The position numbers were made by a program, and so were the translations under genes. A stretch of 64,000 nucleotides of DNA. Origin: a virus. Below the pieces are notes generated by a model. The model was not told where the DNA came from. It was given only the letters and a program-made list of their open reading frames with translations, and did not search any database. Shown here one piece after another: positions 9,153 to 17,710 of the stretch (the first letter of the stretch is position 1; every line of letters begins with the position of its first letter). The DNA lies in IMG/VR virus record IMGVR_UViG_3300032117_000015, positions 1-64,000 of that record; one strand, written 5' to 3'.

Positions 9153-10852
9153 ATCGTAACTTAACAGCTACACAAAACGATTACGCATATTTTTTGCCAG
9201 CGACTAGTGGTTTCTATAGTACCTATATAGGTAAACAACGCTATGGAAATTATGTAGATCCTGCAAGAGTGCCGGCTAGTTTTAAAAATGGTGTAGAAAG
9301 TCTTAACTACTTAGAGCCGGATAAAGGTGCATTTTATTATGATCATTGCTTATATTCAGCAGGTCATGCTAATTTAGACTTGACTAAACAGGACGACAGC
9401 GAAGACATGTTTCGCAATAGAGATCGTACAACTAGTTGGGTACTAGGTGATTCAGGTGGATTCCAAATTGGTAAAGGTGTATGGGCCGGAGAATGGAGAG
9501 ATCCCACCGGTCCAGAAGTTGCGGCCAAGTGGGTAGAAGTTAATGCTAAAGGTATCGAACTAGTTCCGCAACTAGATGCTACTGGTAATCCTAAATTAGA
9601 TAAAAATGGTAATCCAAAGATGTCTAAGATAGATCACCCTAAGTTGTATCAAGCACAATTAGATGCGGCACAAAAGAAACGTGAGCAAGTGCTTGCGTGG
9701 ATGGATGCGTTAATGGACTATGGTATGGTGCTTGATATTCCAGCGTGGGTAGCTCGTAGTCCGGATGGTATGAAAGCCACTGGTATTACATCATACGACC
9801 AAGCTGTTAACGCTACAATATACAATAATGAATATTTTATTAAACATCGTACAGGTGCTTGCAAGTTCTTAAACGTTCTGCAAGGGGAAAACCATAGCCA
9901 AGCCGAAGATTGGTATCAAAAGATGAAACATTTTTGCGATCCAACTAAATTCGACAAACCATTTAATGGTTGGGCAATGGGTGGACAAAATATGTGTGAT
10001 GCACACCTTGTTTTAAAAAGGGTCGTGGCATTGAAGTTCGACGGATTACTAGAAAAAGGTCATCAAGACTGGATGCACTTTCTTGGAACTAGTAAATTAG
10101 AGTGGGCGTTACTGCTCACAGACATTCAACGTGCTGTAAGGAAATATCATAATGAAAACTTTACCATATCTTTTGACTGCGCCTCACCGTTCCTTGCAAC
10201 GGCAAACGGACAAATCTACGTTCAAACAGAAATCACAGACAGACAAAAGTGGCTCTACAGAATGTTGCCGTCTATTGACAACAAGAAATACGCCTCTGAC
10301 ACACGACTCTTCCAAGATGCAGTAGTACAAGACGGTCATTTTAAGAACTTTGAAACTAGCCCAGTGATGGACGGTGTTGAAGTTAATAAAATTTGTATCT
10401 ACGGACCTAATGATGTTAATAAATTAGGTAAAATTGGTAAGACAAGTTGGGATAGTTTCACTTATGCTATTATGATGGGTCATAATGTTTGGATGCATAT
10501 TAATGCCGTCCAAGAAGCCAACCGTCAATATGATGCTGGATTATGCCCAACTATGTTAGTTCAAGAAACATTTGATAGATTATATGCTAAAGATGTAATT
10601 GATGCTATTATTGGCGCACCGGATCGCGATACTGCCAATGCTATTATCGATGAATTTAGCAAATTTTGGATGGCTATCCCGGGCACACGAGGTTACACCG
10701 GCAAGAAAACAGTTAACTCAAGTACCAAATACTTCGAATTGTTTGACGAAGAGGATGCAGATACTGTACAATCAGAAGATGAAACAGAATTTTCTGAAGA
10801 CGTTATTGATAAACTTGACGAACTCGAGGCCAGTGTACATGACATTACCTGA
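9149..10852 (+). CDS. dpdA: TGT-fold 7-deazaguanine DNA transglycosylase (DpdA-like)
   Basis: TGT signature DSGGFQ, plus VLDIP, NVLQG, HFLGT and SFDCASP. It is clustered with folE, queE and a QueD-like gene. The likely TTG start is at 9149. Confidence 0.78.
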   Translation: MNRNLTATQNDYAYFLPATSGFYSTYIGKQRYGNYVDPARVPASFKNGVESLNYLEPDKGAFYYDHCLYSAGHANLDLTKQDDSEDMFRNRDRTTSWVLGDSGGFQIGKGVWAGEWRDPTGPEVAAKWVEVNAKGIELVPQLDATGNPKLDKNGNPKMSKIDHPKLYQAQLDAAQKKREQVLAWMDALMDYGMVLDIPAWVARSPDGMKATGITSYDQAVNATIYNNEYFIKHRTGACKFLNVLQGENHSQAEDWYQKMKHFCDPTKFDKPFNGWAMGGQNMCDAHLVLKRVVALKFDGLLEKGHQDWMHFLGTSKLEWALLLTDIQRAVRKYHNENFTISFDCASPFLATANGQIYVQTEITDRQKWLYRMLPSIDNKKYASDTRLFQDAVVQDGHFKNFETSPVMDGVEVNKICIYGPNDVNKLGKIGKTSWDSFTYAIMMGHNVWMHINAVQEANRQYDAGLCPTMLVQETFDRLYAKDVIDAIIGAPDRDTANAIIDEFSKFWMAIPGTRGYTGKKTVNSSTKYFELFDEEDADTVQSEDETEFSEDVIDKLDELEASVHDIT

Positions 10853-11090
10853 TGAAAGATACCGAGCAGTAGTAGAGACTCAAAAGTTTTTAGCTGAGAT
10901 CCTTATTACTCCTCGGGTTCCCAAAGCAATTAAAGACCGAGCAAGGGCATGTTTGCGTCACTATCCTAACGAATACGATATGCATCATGCGGCAGGACTA
11001 GCACCAGAAATATTTGCTAAACGCATGGAAGATGTAACACGTATGTTTAAGCAATACGAACAATCAAAGGCAGAAAAGAATGAAAACTAG
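10839..11090 (+). CDS. Small conserved hypothetical protein (BPSL0761-like)
   Basis: MTLPDERYRAV...PRVPKAIKDRARACLRHYP pattern; start reassigned to ATG 10839. Confidence 0.6.
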   Translation: MTLPDERYRAVVETQKFLAEILITPRVPKAIKDRARACLRHYPNEYDMHHAAGLAPEIFAKRMEDVTRMFKQYEQSKAEKNEN

Positions 11091-11961
11091 TCTTATTGTA
11101 GGTATGGGCATTGGCAACTTATATGCTACTGTACTAGATAAACTCGGACACGGTATTATTACTGTAGATAGCAATCCTTCTAAAGGTGCCGACTTCTTAA
11201 CTGTAGATGCGGCTATCGAAGAATGCCGTATGTTTGATACTGTACATATTTGTACTCCTAATTTTACACACTTTGAAATTGCACGTAAACTTGCTCCAGT
11301 AAGCGATATTGTTTTTATCGAAAAGCCAGGTGTTGCTAGCTCTAATGTATGGGAAACTTTAGTTAAATCATTTCCTAAGACACGCTTCATGATGGTTAAG
11401 AACAATCAGTGGCGTAGTAACATTGCAGAATTAAAAGAATCTGCAAATAAAGCTAAAAGTGTAAACATTGAATGGACTAGAAAGAACTGTATTCCTAGCC
11501 CCGGTAGTTGGTTTACTACACGCGAATTAGCGTTCGGCGGTGTTAGTCGTGATTTAATGCCACACTTGTTGAGCCTGTATATTGCTATGAACCCCAATTG
11601 GCGTAACGATCAAGTAAACGGGCAGGGCGCACAGATGATGTGGGAATTAAAAGACATCGACAGCACTGAATATGGTGTTGTTAATCCAAACGGTACATAT
11701 GATGTAGATGATAAATGCCACATTGACTTTGGTAATAAATGGCATTGTAGTGCTAATTGGCGTAGCATGAGCTATGAAAATAGTGCCATCGAATTTATAA
11801 TGCAAAATAACACAGTAGAACGTTTTGAATTAGGATGGTGTCCAGAGGATGCTTACCTAAATATGATTAAAGATGCTGTTGAAAACCTAAATAATAACGA
11901 CTTCTGGCAAGAACAACTAGAACAAGATATATGGATACACAAACGAATCGAAGTTTTATGA
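11080..11961 (+). CDS. Gfo/Idh/MocA family NAD(P)-dependent oxidoreductase
   Basis: IVGMGIG, ICTPNFTH, IEKPG, GGVSRDLMPH. Confidence 0.88.
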   Translation: MKTSLIVGMGIGNLYATVLDKLGHGIITVDSNPSKGADFLTVDAAIEECRMFDTVHICTPNFTHFEIARKLAPVSDIVFIEKPGVASSNVWETLVKSFPKTRFMMVKNNQWRSNIAELKESANKAKSVNIEWTRKNCIPSPGSWFTTRELAFGGVSRDLMPHLLSLYIAMNPNWRNDQVNGQGAQMMWELKDIDSTEYGVVNPNGTYDVDDKCHIDFGNKWHCSANWRSMSYENSAIEFIMQNNTVERFELGWCPEDAYLNMIKDAVENLNNNDFWQEQLEQDIWIHKRIEVL

Positions 11962-12863
11962 TGGTCAAATGCTTACAAACTGTTAGCGATGGCGTATTTA
12001 AAGAAGTAGATTATGCCAAACCTGATATAGCGTTTAACGAGATCGAAGTTAAAGCAGTTATGACTGGTGTTTGTCGCAGTGACATCGACATGATGTTAGG
12101 CGACTTTGGTCCGTTGCCATTACACATGCAAGGTCACGAAGGCATTGGTCAAGTAACAAAGATCGGGTCGCAAGTGAATAACGTTAATATCGGTGACTTT
12201 GTTGCTACACGTGGTGAACCTGCGTATGCAGACTATTACAATGTTAAAGAAGATGAGTATGTCAGAGTACCAAAAGCCGAACCTAAGTATATTTTAGAAC
12301 CAGTAGCTTGCGGTATTAACCTTATTAATCAAGCAAAAGACCAAATTGAACATAGACAAGGTCGTGGTGAAAACACACGTATGCTAATTATTGGTAGTGG
12401 TTTCCTTGCGTGGGTTGCGTATCATACTATGCGCTTAAATGGCTACATATATCACGTAGATGTGCTAGGACATAGTAATAAAGAGCTTTGGCAAGACAAG
12501 TTATTGCCCAGTACTATCGAAAACTATGATGTAGTTATCGACCTTAGCGGTAATTTTGAACTAGGCCCACAGATTAACCTAAATAACAATGCCTTAATAA
12601 TCGACGGTGTCGGTAAGGCTGTATCAAAACAAGAGGCACAAGTCCAACTTTGGAAAGCTGTTACCACTATCAAACCAAGCCCACGTAATCCTCAGTTTAT
12701 CGATTGCATGTATATGGCAAAATATTGGATTGAAAAAGGCTATCTAGAGGTTGATTCCTTCTGGACAAAGTGTTACAATCGTACTACAGAATGGGAACAA
12801 GCGTTTGCGGACGGCGTTAATCGTCCGAGTGGTTATAGCAGAGGTTATATTAAATGGGATTAA
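11958..12863 (+). CDS. Zinc-dependent medium-chain (polyol/sugar) dehydrogenase
   Basis: GVCRSD, GHEGIG, LEPVAC, IIGSGFL; no structural-Zn Cys loop; ATGA overlap with upstream gene. Confidence 0.85.
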   Translation: MMVKCLQTVSDGVFKEVDYAKPDIAFNEIEVKAVMTGVCRSDIDMMLGDFGPLPLHMQGHEGIGQVTKIGSQVNNVNIGDFVATRGEPAYADYYNVKEDEYVRVPKAEPKYILEPVACGINLINQAKDQIEHRQGRGENTRMLIIGSGFLAWVAYHTMRLNGYIYHVDVLGHSNKELWQDKLLPSTIENYDVVIDLSGNFELGPQINLNNNALIIDGVGKAVSKQEAQVQLWKAVTTIKPSPRNPQFIDCMYMAKYWIEKGYLEVDSFWTKCYNRTTEWEQAFADGVNRPSGYSRGYIKWD

Positions 12864-13381
12864 ACACTGACGAAAGACAAAACATTGTCTATTTTACAGG
12901 TTATGAAGTAGAGCATACTATTTGTCATGGTATGTATACACTATTTGTGGTAGGTACCCCTCCTTTAGAAGAAATTCTAATGCATGCAACTTGCGGTTCA
13001 GATAAAGTTACACACATTTACTTTGGCACTAGTCAGAGTTTTAATCCAAAATCTATTTCACAAGAAGAATATAAAGCGTGGGATGAAGTTATTATCGGTT
13101 GTTTAAAGAAAGACTTTTGGGTAACGCTAGACTTTGGCGTTGAACACATCGAAGGTGTTTTAGAATCTGCTTATAATGAATATCCTCGCTTTGTTCCTAT
13201 GATTAGTGTCAAGCTACCTTACATTAATCAACTTAACTATAACGCCACACTTAAACTAGATGATCGCACTTGGGGTGCTACTAATCCAGGTGTGTGGACT
13301 CATCAACTCCATGATCTAATGCGTATGGACAAATATACGCACTGGGATCAATATACACAAGATACACCACATGATTATTAA
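12854..13381 (+). CDS. Hypothetical protein within the deazaguanine cluster
   Basis: 175-aa ORF overlapping both neighbours; no motif recognised. Confidence 0.65.
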   Translation: MGLNTDERQNIVYFTGYEVEHTICHGMYTLFVVGTPPLEEILMHATCGSDKVTHIYFGTSQSFNPKSISQEEYKAWDEVIIGCLKKDFWVTLDFGVEHIEGVLESAYNEYPRFVPMISVKLPYINQLNYNATLKLDDRTWGATNPGVWTHQLHDLMRMDKYTHWDQYTQDTPHDY

Positions 13382-13760
13382 ACAAGACATCCGTCCTTTA
13401 AAGATGATTTGGGTTACCTTTCAGAAAGAAGGTATGCACAAATATCCGGCCGCACTTACAGATCCAACACTTGCAACAGGTGATGAATATGATGTAAGTT
13501 TTCTAGGCTATCCGCATCGTCACATATTCCATTTTAAAGTATGGATTAGTGTTACACACGATGATCGCGATATCGAATTTATTCAGTTTAAACGCTGGTT
13601 GGAAAATCTGTACAAAGAAGGTACACTCCAACTAGACTACAAGAGTTGCGAAATGATGTCAGGTGATTTATATGACAGCATTTCCAATAAGTATCCAGGC
13701 CGCGAGGTGTGGATTGAAGTCTCCGAAGATGGAGAAAATGGTTCATTTATCAAATATTAA
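13371..13760 (+). CDS. dpdL: QueD-like T-fold protein of DpdL type (putative CDG decarboxylase)
   Basis: LGYPHRHIF (LxxxHRHxF) replaces the QueD CxxxHGH motif; also SCE and VSEDGENG T-fold motifs. The DpdL motif is recalled from the literature and was not checked here. Confidence 0.65.
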   Translation: MIIKQDIRPLKMIWVTFQKEGMHKYPAALTDPTLATGDEYDVSFLGYPHRHIFHFKVWISVTHDDRDIEFIQFKRWLENLYKEGTLQLDYKSCEMMSGDLYDSISNKYPGREVWIEVSEDGENGSFIKY

Positions 13761-13774
13761 AACAAGAGGCTACA

Positions 13775-14032
13775 ATGGCTAAAAATTACAAAGACTATTC
13801 TTATTTCGAAAACCGTCCAGATGTTGTTAAAATCTTCGATGATTTAGATTCATTCCGCGATTGGTGTCGTTTAGAGATGGCTCCATTTGACGAAGCTCAC
13901 CTGTACAACAGAGAAAGCTGGGCATGGAGAAACTTTGAAAAATCACGTCGTCCTAAGAAGCCGTTCACAGGCGAACGCAAACCTTACTTAGGCAAAAACC
14001 CACGTTACAACAATGACCGTATTTCTAATTGA
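13775..14032 (+). CDS. Hypothetical protein, basic C-terminus
   Basis: 85-aa ORF with GAGG RBS. Confidence 0.65.
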   Translation: MAKNYKDYSYFENRPDVVKIFDDLDSFRDWCRLEMAPFDEAHLYNRESWAWRNFEKSRRPKKPFTGERKPYLGKNPRYNNDRISN

Positions 14033-15080
14033 TCTAGAAGCAGTTGAGACAAGGTACACTGGCGAATGGAAACGCCATGTACCTGCTCTTTTACGAAAGG
14101 AAGGACACAATGTTCAAATTATATCTGGTCCTACGGATATTCCTCAAGCTACTACTCCTGGTGCCTTTCTTAATTTTGGTGGTACCAATATTTACAAGTC
14201 TAGTCAAGTTGAGCAAATGGGCCGTTTATTTTGTAACGGATCCGTTCATCCCGGTGATCACTTTATCTTTACTGATGCTTGGCACCCTGGTATCATAAAC
14301 TTAAAGTACATGAGTGAGTTACTGGGCATTCCAGTAACAACACATGGCTTATGGCATGCTGGCAGTTATGATCCTCAAGACTTTCTCGGACGCTTAGTCG
14401 GAGATAAGCCTTGGGTAAGATATGCCGAACAAAGTTTCTATCACGCATTTGATCACAACTACTTTGCTACAACATTCCATATTGAAATGTTTGGTAAGAA
14501 TTTACTAGGCAAAGGAGGTTATGTTCCAGAAGCTAATGTAACTAAGAAAGTTGTTCGCACAGGTTGGCCAATGGAGTATATGGACGATACATTAACCATG
14601 TATAAGAATATGCCCAAACGTGACCTTATTCTTTTCCCCCATCGCATCGCGCCCGAGAAGCAAGTTGAGATTTTTCGAGACTTAGCTACACACTTACCGC
14701 AGTATGAATTTGTAGTGTGTCAGGATCAACAGCTAACAAAAAATGAATATCATAACTTGTTAGGCGAAGCGAAGATGGTGTTTAGTGCTAACTTACAAGA
14801 AACTTTAGGCATTAGTTGCTATGAAGGTGCGGTAGTTGATGCTATTCCACTAGTGCCTGATAGATTAAGTTATACAGAAATGTATTACGACACATTCAAA
14901 TATCCAAGTAAATGGACAGAAGATTTTAATGCTTATAATGTATTTAGACCAGACTTGTGTGGAAAGATTATACAATTAATGGATAACTATCAAAGCATGA
15001 TTCCTTCTGTTAGAAAACAAGCAAAGGATCTACATGAGTACTTCTTCAGTGCCAGTGAATTACTATCAAACATCAAGTGA
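14013..15080 (+). CDS. GT-B (GT4-like) glycosyltransferase
   Basis: FPHRIAPEKQ, QETLGISCYEG (ExxGxxxxE), PDRLSYTEM. Confidence 0.8.
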   Translation: MTVFLIDLEAVETRYTGEWKRHVPALLRKEGHNVQIISGPTDIPQATTPGAFLNFGGTNIYKSSQVEQMGRLFCNGSVHPGDHFIFTDAWHPGIINLKYMSELLGIPVTTHGLWHAGSYDPQDFLGRLVGDKPWVRYAEQSFYHAFDHNYFATTFHIEMFGKNLLGKGGYVPEANVTKKVVRTGWPMEYMDDTLTMYKNMPKRDLILFPHRIAPEKQVEIFRDLATHLPQYEFVVCQDQQLTKNEYHNLLGEAKMVFSANLQETLGISCYEGAVVDAIPLVPDRLSYTEMYYDTFKYPSKWTEDFNAYNVFRPDLCGKIIQLMDNYQSMIPSVRKQAKDLHEYFFSASELLSNIK

Positions 15081-15447
15081 CGACGTGGGCATAATAGCAC
15101 AAGATATATGTTCGCTTGATAATATTACCATTTCCAATGGCGGTAGTAGTTATTATATTTCAAATCCAGGCGCATTAACTGGAACTATTGGATCGGGATT
15201 GACGTACTCCACTGGAAGTGTTACTATAGCCAGTGGTGCATCAATTTCAATCGCAGATATTAAAGTATCAGATTTTACATGGAAAATGCCGGAAGAGTTT
15301 GTAGATAGTTTTCCAGACTATGACCGTGTACAAAAGATGTGTGAAGAATATCCCGGATTGAAAATAGCATACGAAAAATTTGTAACAACTTATAAACTAG
15401 TGAAAGACCACTATGACACTCCAGAAGATCAAAGACCAATTCCTTAA
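15034..15447 (+). CDS. Hypothetical protein (S/T/G-rich N-terminus, helical C-terminus)
   Basis: 137-aa ORF tiling the operon. Confidence 0.6.
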   Translation: MSTSSVPVNYYQTSSDDVGIIAQDICSLDNITISNGGSSYYISNPGALTGTIGSGLTYSTGSVTIASGASISIADIKVSDFTWKMPEEFVDSFPDYDRVQKMCEEYPGLKIAYEKFVTTYKLVKDHYDTPEDQRPIP

Positions 15448-15937
15448 TTTCTTAGACAAGCACGGACGCAAACGTGTCGTTTTAGACAGACAAAGTAAAG
15501 AACCATATTTGGAACGTTATTATCTTTTCCTGAAAGATCGTAAATCATTTCCATTTAATATTTTCTTACATAAATTTTTAAAAGGCGATCCTGGCGATGT
15601 ACACGATCACCCATGGCCATATGCTACCTTAATCTTAAAAGGTGGATATTGGGAATGGACACCTTTATTCAATTCCGATGGTCTCCAAGTCGGAGAAAAA
15701 GCACAATGGCGTGGCCCTGGCCACTTTAGATTTTGTAAATCTAATAGCTATCACCGCATTGAATTAGAAGACGGTGTTACGCCTTGGACCTTGTTTATGC
15801 CTGGTCCACAAAAACGGGAATGGGGCTTTCTCGTAAAAAATAAATGGATACACAATGGCGATTATATCGAATCCCGTAGTAAACCTACCGTACCCGCAAG
15901 GGTTGTCGGGACAGGTGTTAACGGCGTCCGGTTCTAA
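15413..15937 (+). CDS. Cupin-fold protein
   Basis: HDHPW...ILKGGYWE...YHRIEL...WTLF cupin motifs. Confidence 0.75.
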   Translation: MTLQKIKDQFLNFLDKHGRKRVVLDRQSKEPYLERYYLFLKDRKSFPFNIFLHKFLKGDPGDVHDHPWPYATLILKGGYWEWTPLFNSDGLQVGEKAQWRGPGHFRFCKSNSYHRIELEDGVTPWTLFMPGPQKREWGFLVKNKWIHNGDYIESRSKPTVPARVVGTGVNGVRF

Positions 15938-16259
15938 CGGAACAACAACTGCATGGGCAAATACAAATACCAATTTCAATGATGGTACTAATGCTGTAAT
16001 GACTATTCCCCACGGTAGTAAAACTGTGGAAATAGCCGAGGCGGCAACATTAGATGTTAAAGGTACTGTAAAAATAAACGGAGTTGACTTGGAAGAACGG
16101 TTAAAAACAATTGAAACACTCTTGCAAATTCCAACAAGAGATGTTACAATGGAAGCTGAACATCCAAAGCTCAAAGCATTATACGAAGAGTATATGCATG
16201 AATTGGAAAAATATAAAACATGGCATCGTATTAAAGGAGATAATGATGGAACTACATGA
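15855..16259 (+). CDS. Hypothetical protein
   Basis: 134-aa ORF; C-terminal HPKLKALYEEY resembles YPGLKIAYEKF of 15034-15447. Confidence 0.6.
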   Translation: MAIISNPVVNLPYPQGLSGQVLTASGSNGTTTAWANTNTNFNDGTNAVMTIPHGSKTVEIAEAATLDVKGTVKINGVDLEERLKTIETLLQIPTRDVTMEAEHPKLKALYEEYMHELEKYKTWHRIKGDNDGTT

Positions 16260-16476
16260 ATCAGTTAGAGATACATTTAAAACAATGGTTATCAAAGAAC
16301 ACGAAGGCTTTCGCTTGACTCTTAACAAACATGAAGTACTAAGCCCTAAAGGTTTGTTTAGTATTGATATGGTTCAAGAGTCTCTGAAAGACGGTGAAGT
16401 TGTCGACTCACAAACTTATAACTTCTTTATGACTAAGGAAGAATGTCAAGCATTGGCATACGGACTAACTGCATGA
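16243..16476 (+). CDS. Hypothetical protein
   Basis: AAGGAG RBS before ATG 16243. Confidence 0.65.
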   Translation: MMELHESVRDTFKTMVIKEHEGFRLTLNKHEVLSPKGLFSIDMVQESLKDGEVVDSQTYNFFMTKEECQALAYGLTA

Positions 16477-16967
16477 AGAAAGTTTATTACAGTTGGAAGG
16501 ACATCCAAGGAGCAGTTTTAGAAATTGCTCGTCAAATGAGTATTGATGATCAGTGGCGTCCTGATTATATTGTAGGCATTACACGTGGTGGGTCAGTGCC
16601 TGCTGTGTTACTAAGCCAATACACAGGTATTCCTATGAAATCCTTAGATGTAAGCCTGCGTGATGGCGGAGACCTTGTTAGTAACTGCGGTATGGCAGAG
16701 GATGCTTACGATGGTAAAAATATTCTTGTTGTAGATGATATTAATGATCAAGGCAGTACTATTGCTTGGATCAAACAAGATTGGCGTTCAAGTGCTTTAC
16801 CTAGTGCTATTCGTTGGGATAACGATATATGGCATAAGACTGTTCGCTTTGCTACGCTTACAAACAATCTAGCTAGCAAAGAATCTGTTGACTATAACGT
16901 ATGGGAAGTCAACAAAGCAGAAGAAGATTGTTGGTTAGTTTACCCTTGGGAGGATTTTTGGAAATGA
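16473..16967 (+). CDS. Type I phosphoribosyltransferase (xanthine/guanine PRT-like)
   Basis: IVGITRGG, PRPP loop LVVDDINDQGST, terminal WLVYPWE. Confidence 0.88.
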   Translation: MKKVYYSWKDIQGAVLEIARQMSIDDQWRPDYIVGITRGGSVPAVLLSQYTGIPMKSLDVSLRDGGDLVSNCGMAEDAYDGKNILVVDDINDQGSTIAWIKQDWRSSALPSAIRWDNDIWHKTVRFATLTNNLASKESVDYNVWEVNKAEEDCWLVYPWEDFWK

Positions 16968-17155
16968 CATCAGCATTAATTAAATTACTGTTCGGCATTG
17001 CATTTATTGTAATTGCCATTGCACTCGGTCCTATTTTAGGTATCTGGGCATTAAACACATTATTTCCAGTTTTGCATATCGAACTTACATGGCAAACTTG
17101 GTTAGCGTTTAATATCTTGTTTAGTGGTACACTTGCTACTAGGATAAAAAAATGA
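16964..17155 (+). CDS. Small membrane protein
   Basis: Two hydrophobic segments; GGAGG upstream and ATGA overlap. Confidence 0.65.
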   Translation: MTSALIKLLFGIAFIVIAIALGPILGIWALNTLFPVLHIELTWQTWLAFNILFSGTLATRIKK

Positions 17156-17313
17156 AAGAACTTACAGTAACAGAAATTAAAGAAAAACTCGAAAAAGTCG
17201 AAGGTGACTTAATGCGAGCTGATTCGGAAAATGCACGTACTGTTTTAGCAAGTTATATCGAATATTTGAAAGACGAACTTAAAGAGGCAGAGCGAAATGA
17301 GCTTCGACGTTAG
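17152..17313 (+). CDS. Small coiled-coil hypothetical protein (53 aa, not in ORF track)
   Basis: Hand-translated MKELTVTEIKEKLEKVEGDL...ELRR; fills the gap between neighbours with overlaps. Confidence 0.65.
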   Translation: MKELTVTEIKEKLEKVEGDLMRADSENARTVLASYIEYLKDELKEAERNELRR

Positions 17314-17494
17314 AGTTGATTGGAATAATCAGCATAACGAATGGTGGAATGAAACTTGCATTAGTGTTGTAGAAGTATACGGGCTACCTGGAAATAGATG
17401 GACATATCATCCTCACGAAGATTATATGTTGTTTAAATTTAAATCACAAAAGGATTCAGAGTTATGCAAAATATTATTAAGCGAGAAGATTTAG
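17297..17494 (+). CDS. Hypothetical protein
   Basis: 65-aa ORF with YGLPGNRW motif; tiles the operon. Confidence 0.6.
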   Translation: MSFDVRVDWNNQHNEWWNETCISVVEVYGLPGNRWTYHPHEDYMLFKFKSQKDSELCKILLSEKI

Positions 17495-17682
17495 ACGTCA
17501 TATTTGTAGTTGTTTTTGCTACAATAGCTTTTACTTTTTTGTTTTGGTACAATTGGAGTCATCCAAAACTTGAAATAAGATACGATTGTTCAATTGCCGA
17601 AATTAGTCCAGATTATCCTGTGCAAGTTAAAGAAGGCTGTCGCAAACTTCGAGCAGAAAAAATATTGCAATTGCCTAAATAA
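17464..17682 (+). CDS. Small membrane-anchored protein with two Cys
   Basis: TM segment followed by YDCSIAEISPDYPVQVKEGCR. Confidence 0.6.
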   Translation: MQNIIKREDLDVIFVVVFATIAFTFLFWYNWSHPKLEIRYDCSIAEISPDYPVQVKEGCRKLRAEKILQLPK

Positions 17683-17693
17683 ACCTATATAAT
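17665..17693 (+). promoter_or_regulatory. Sigma70-like promoter with nested CTAAATA, upstream of folE
   Basis: TTGCAA-17 bp-TATAAT; AGGAG RBS at 17701. Confidence 0.6.
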
Positions 17694-17710
17694 AACACAT
17701 AGGAGTAATA

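Noticed and set aside
10599-10838. Long N-terminal extensions of several track ORFs (10599, 4029, 16111, 16901, 20241)
   Set aside because: The extensions overlap upstream genes extensively, and downstream ATGs with an RBS or stop-start coupling are more plausible.
9149-10852. Canonical tRNA-guanine transglycosylase (tgt) / queuosine tRNA pathway
   Set aside because: There is no TGT zinc-binding motif and no queA, queF or queG, and the gene sits in a phage replication context. DpdA is the better reading, though not proven.
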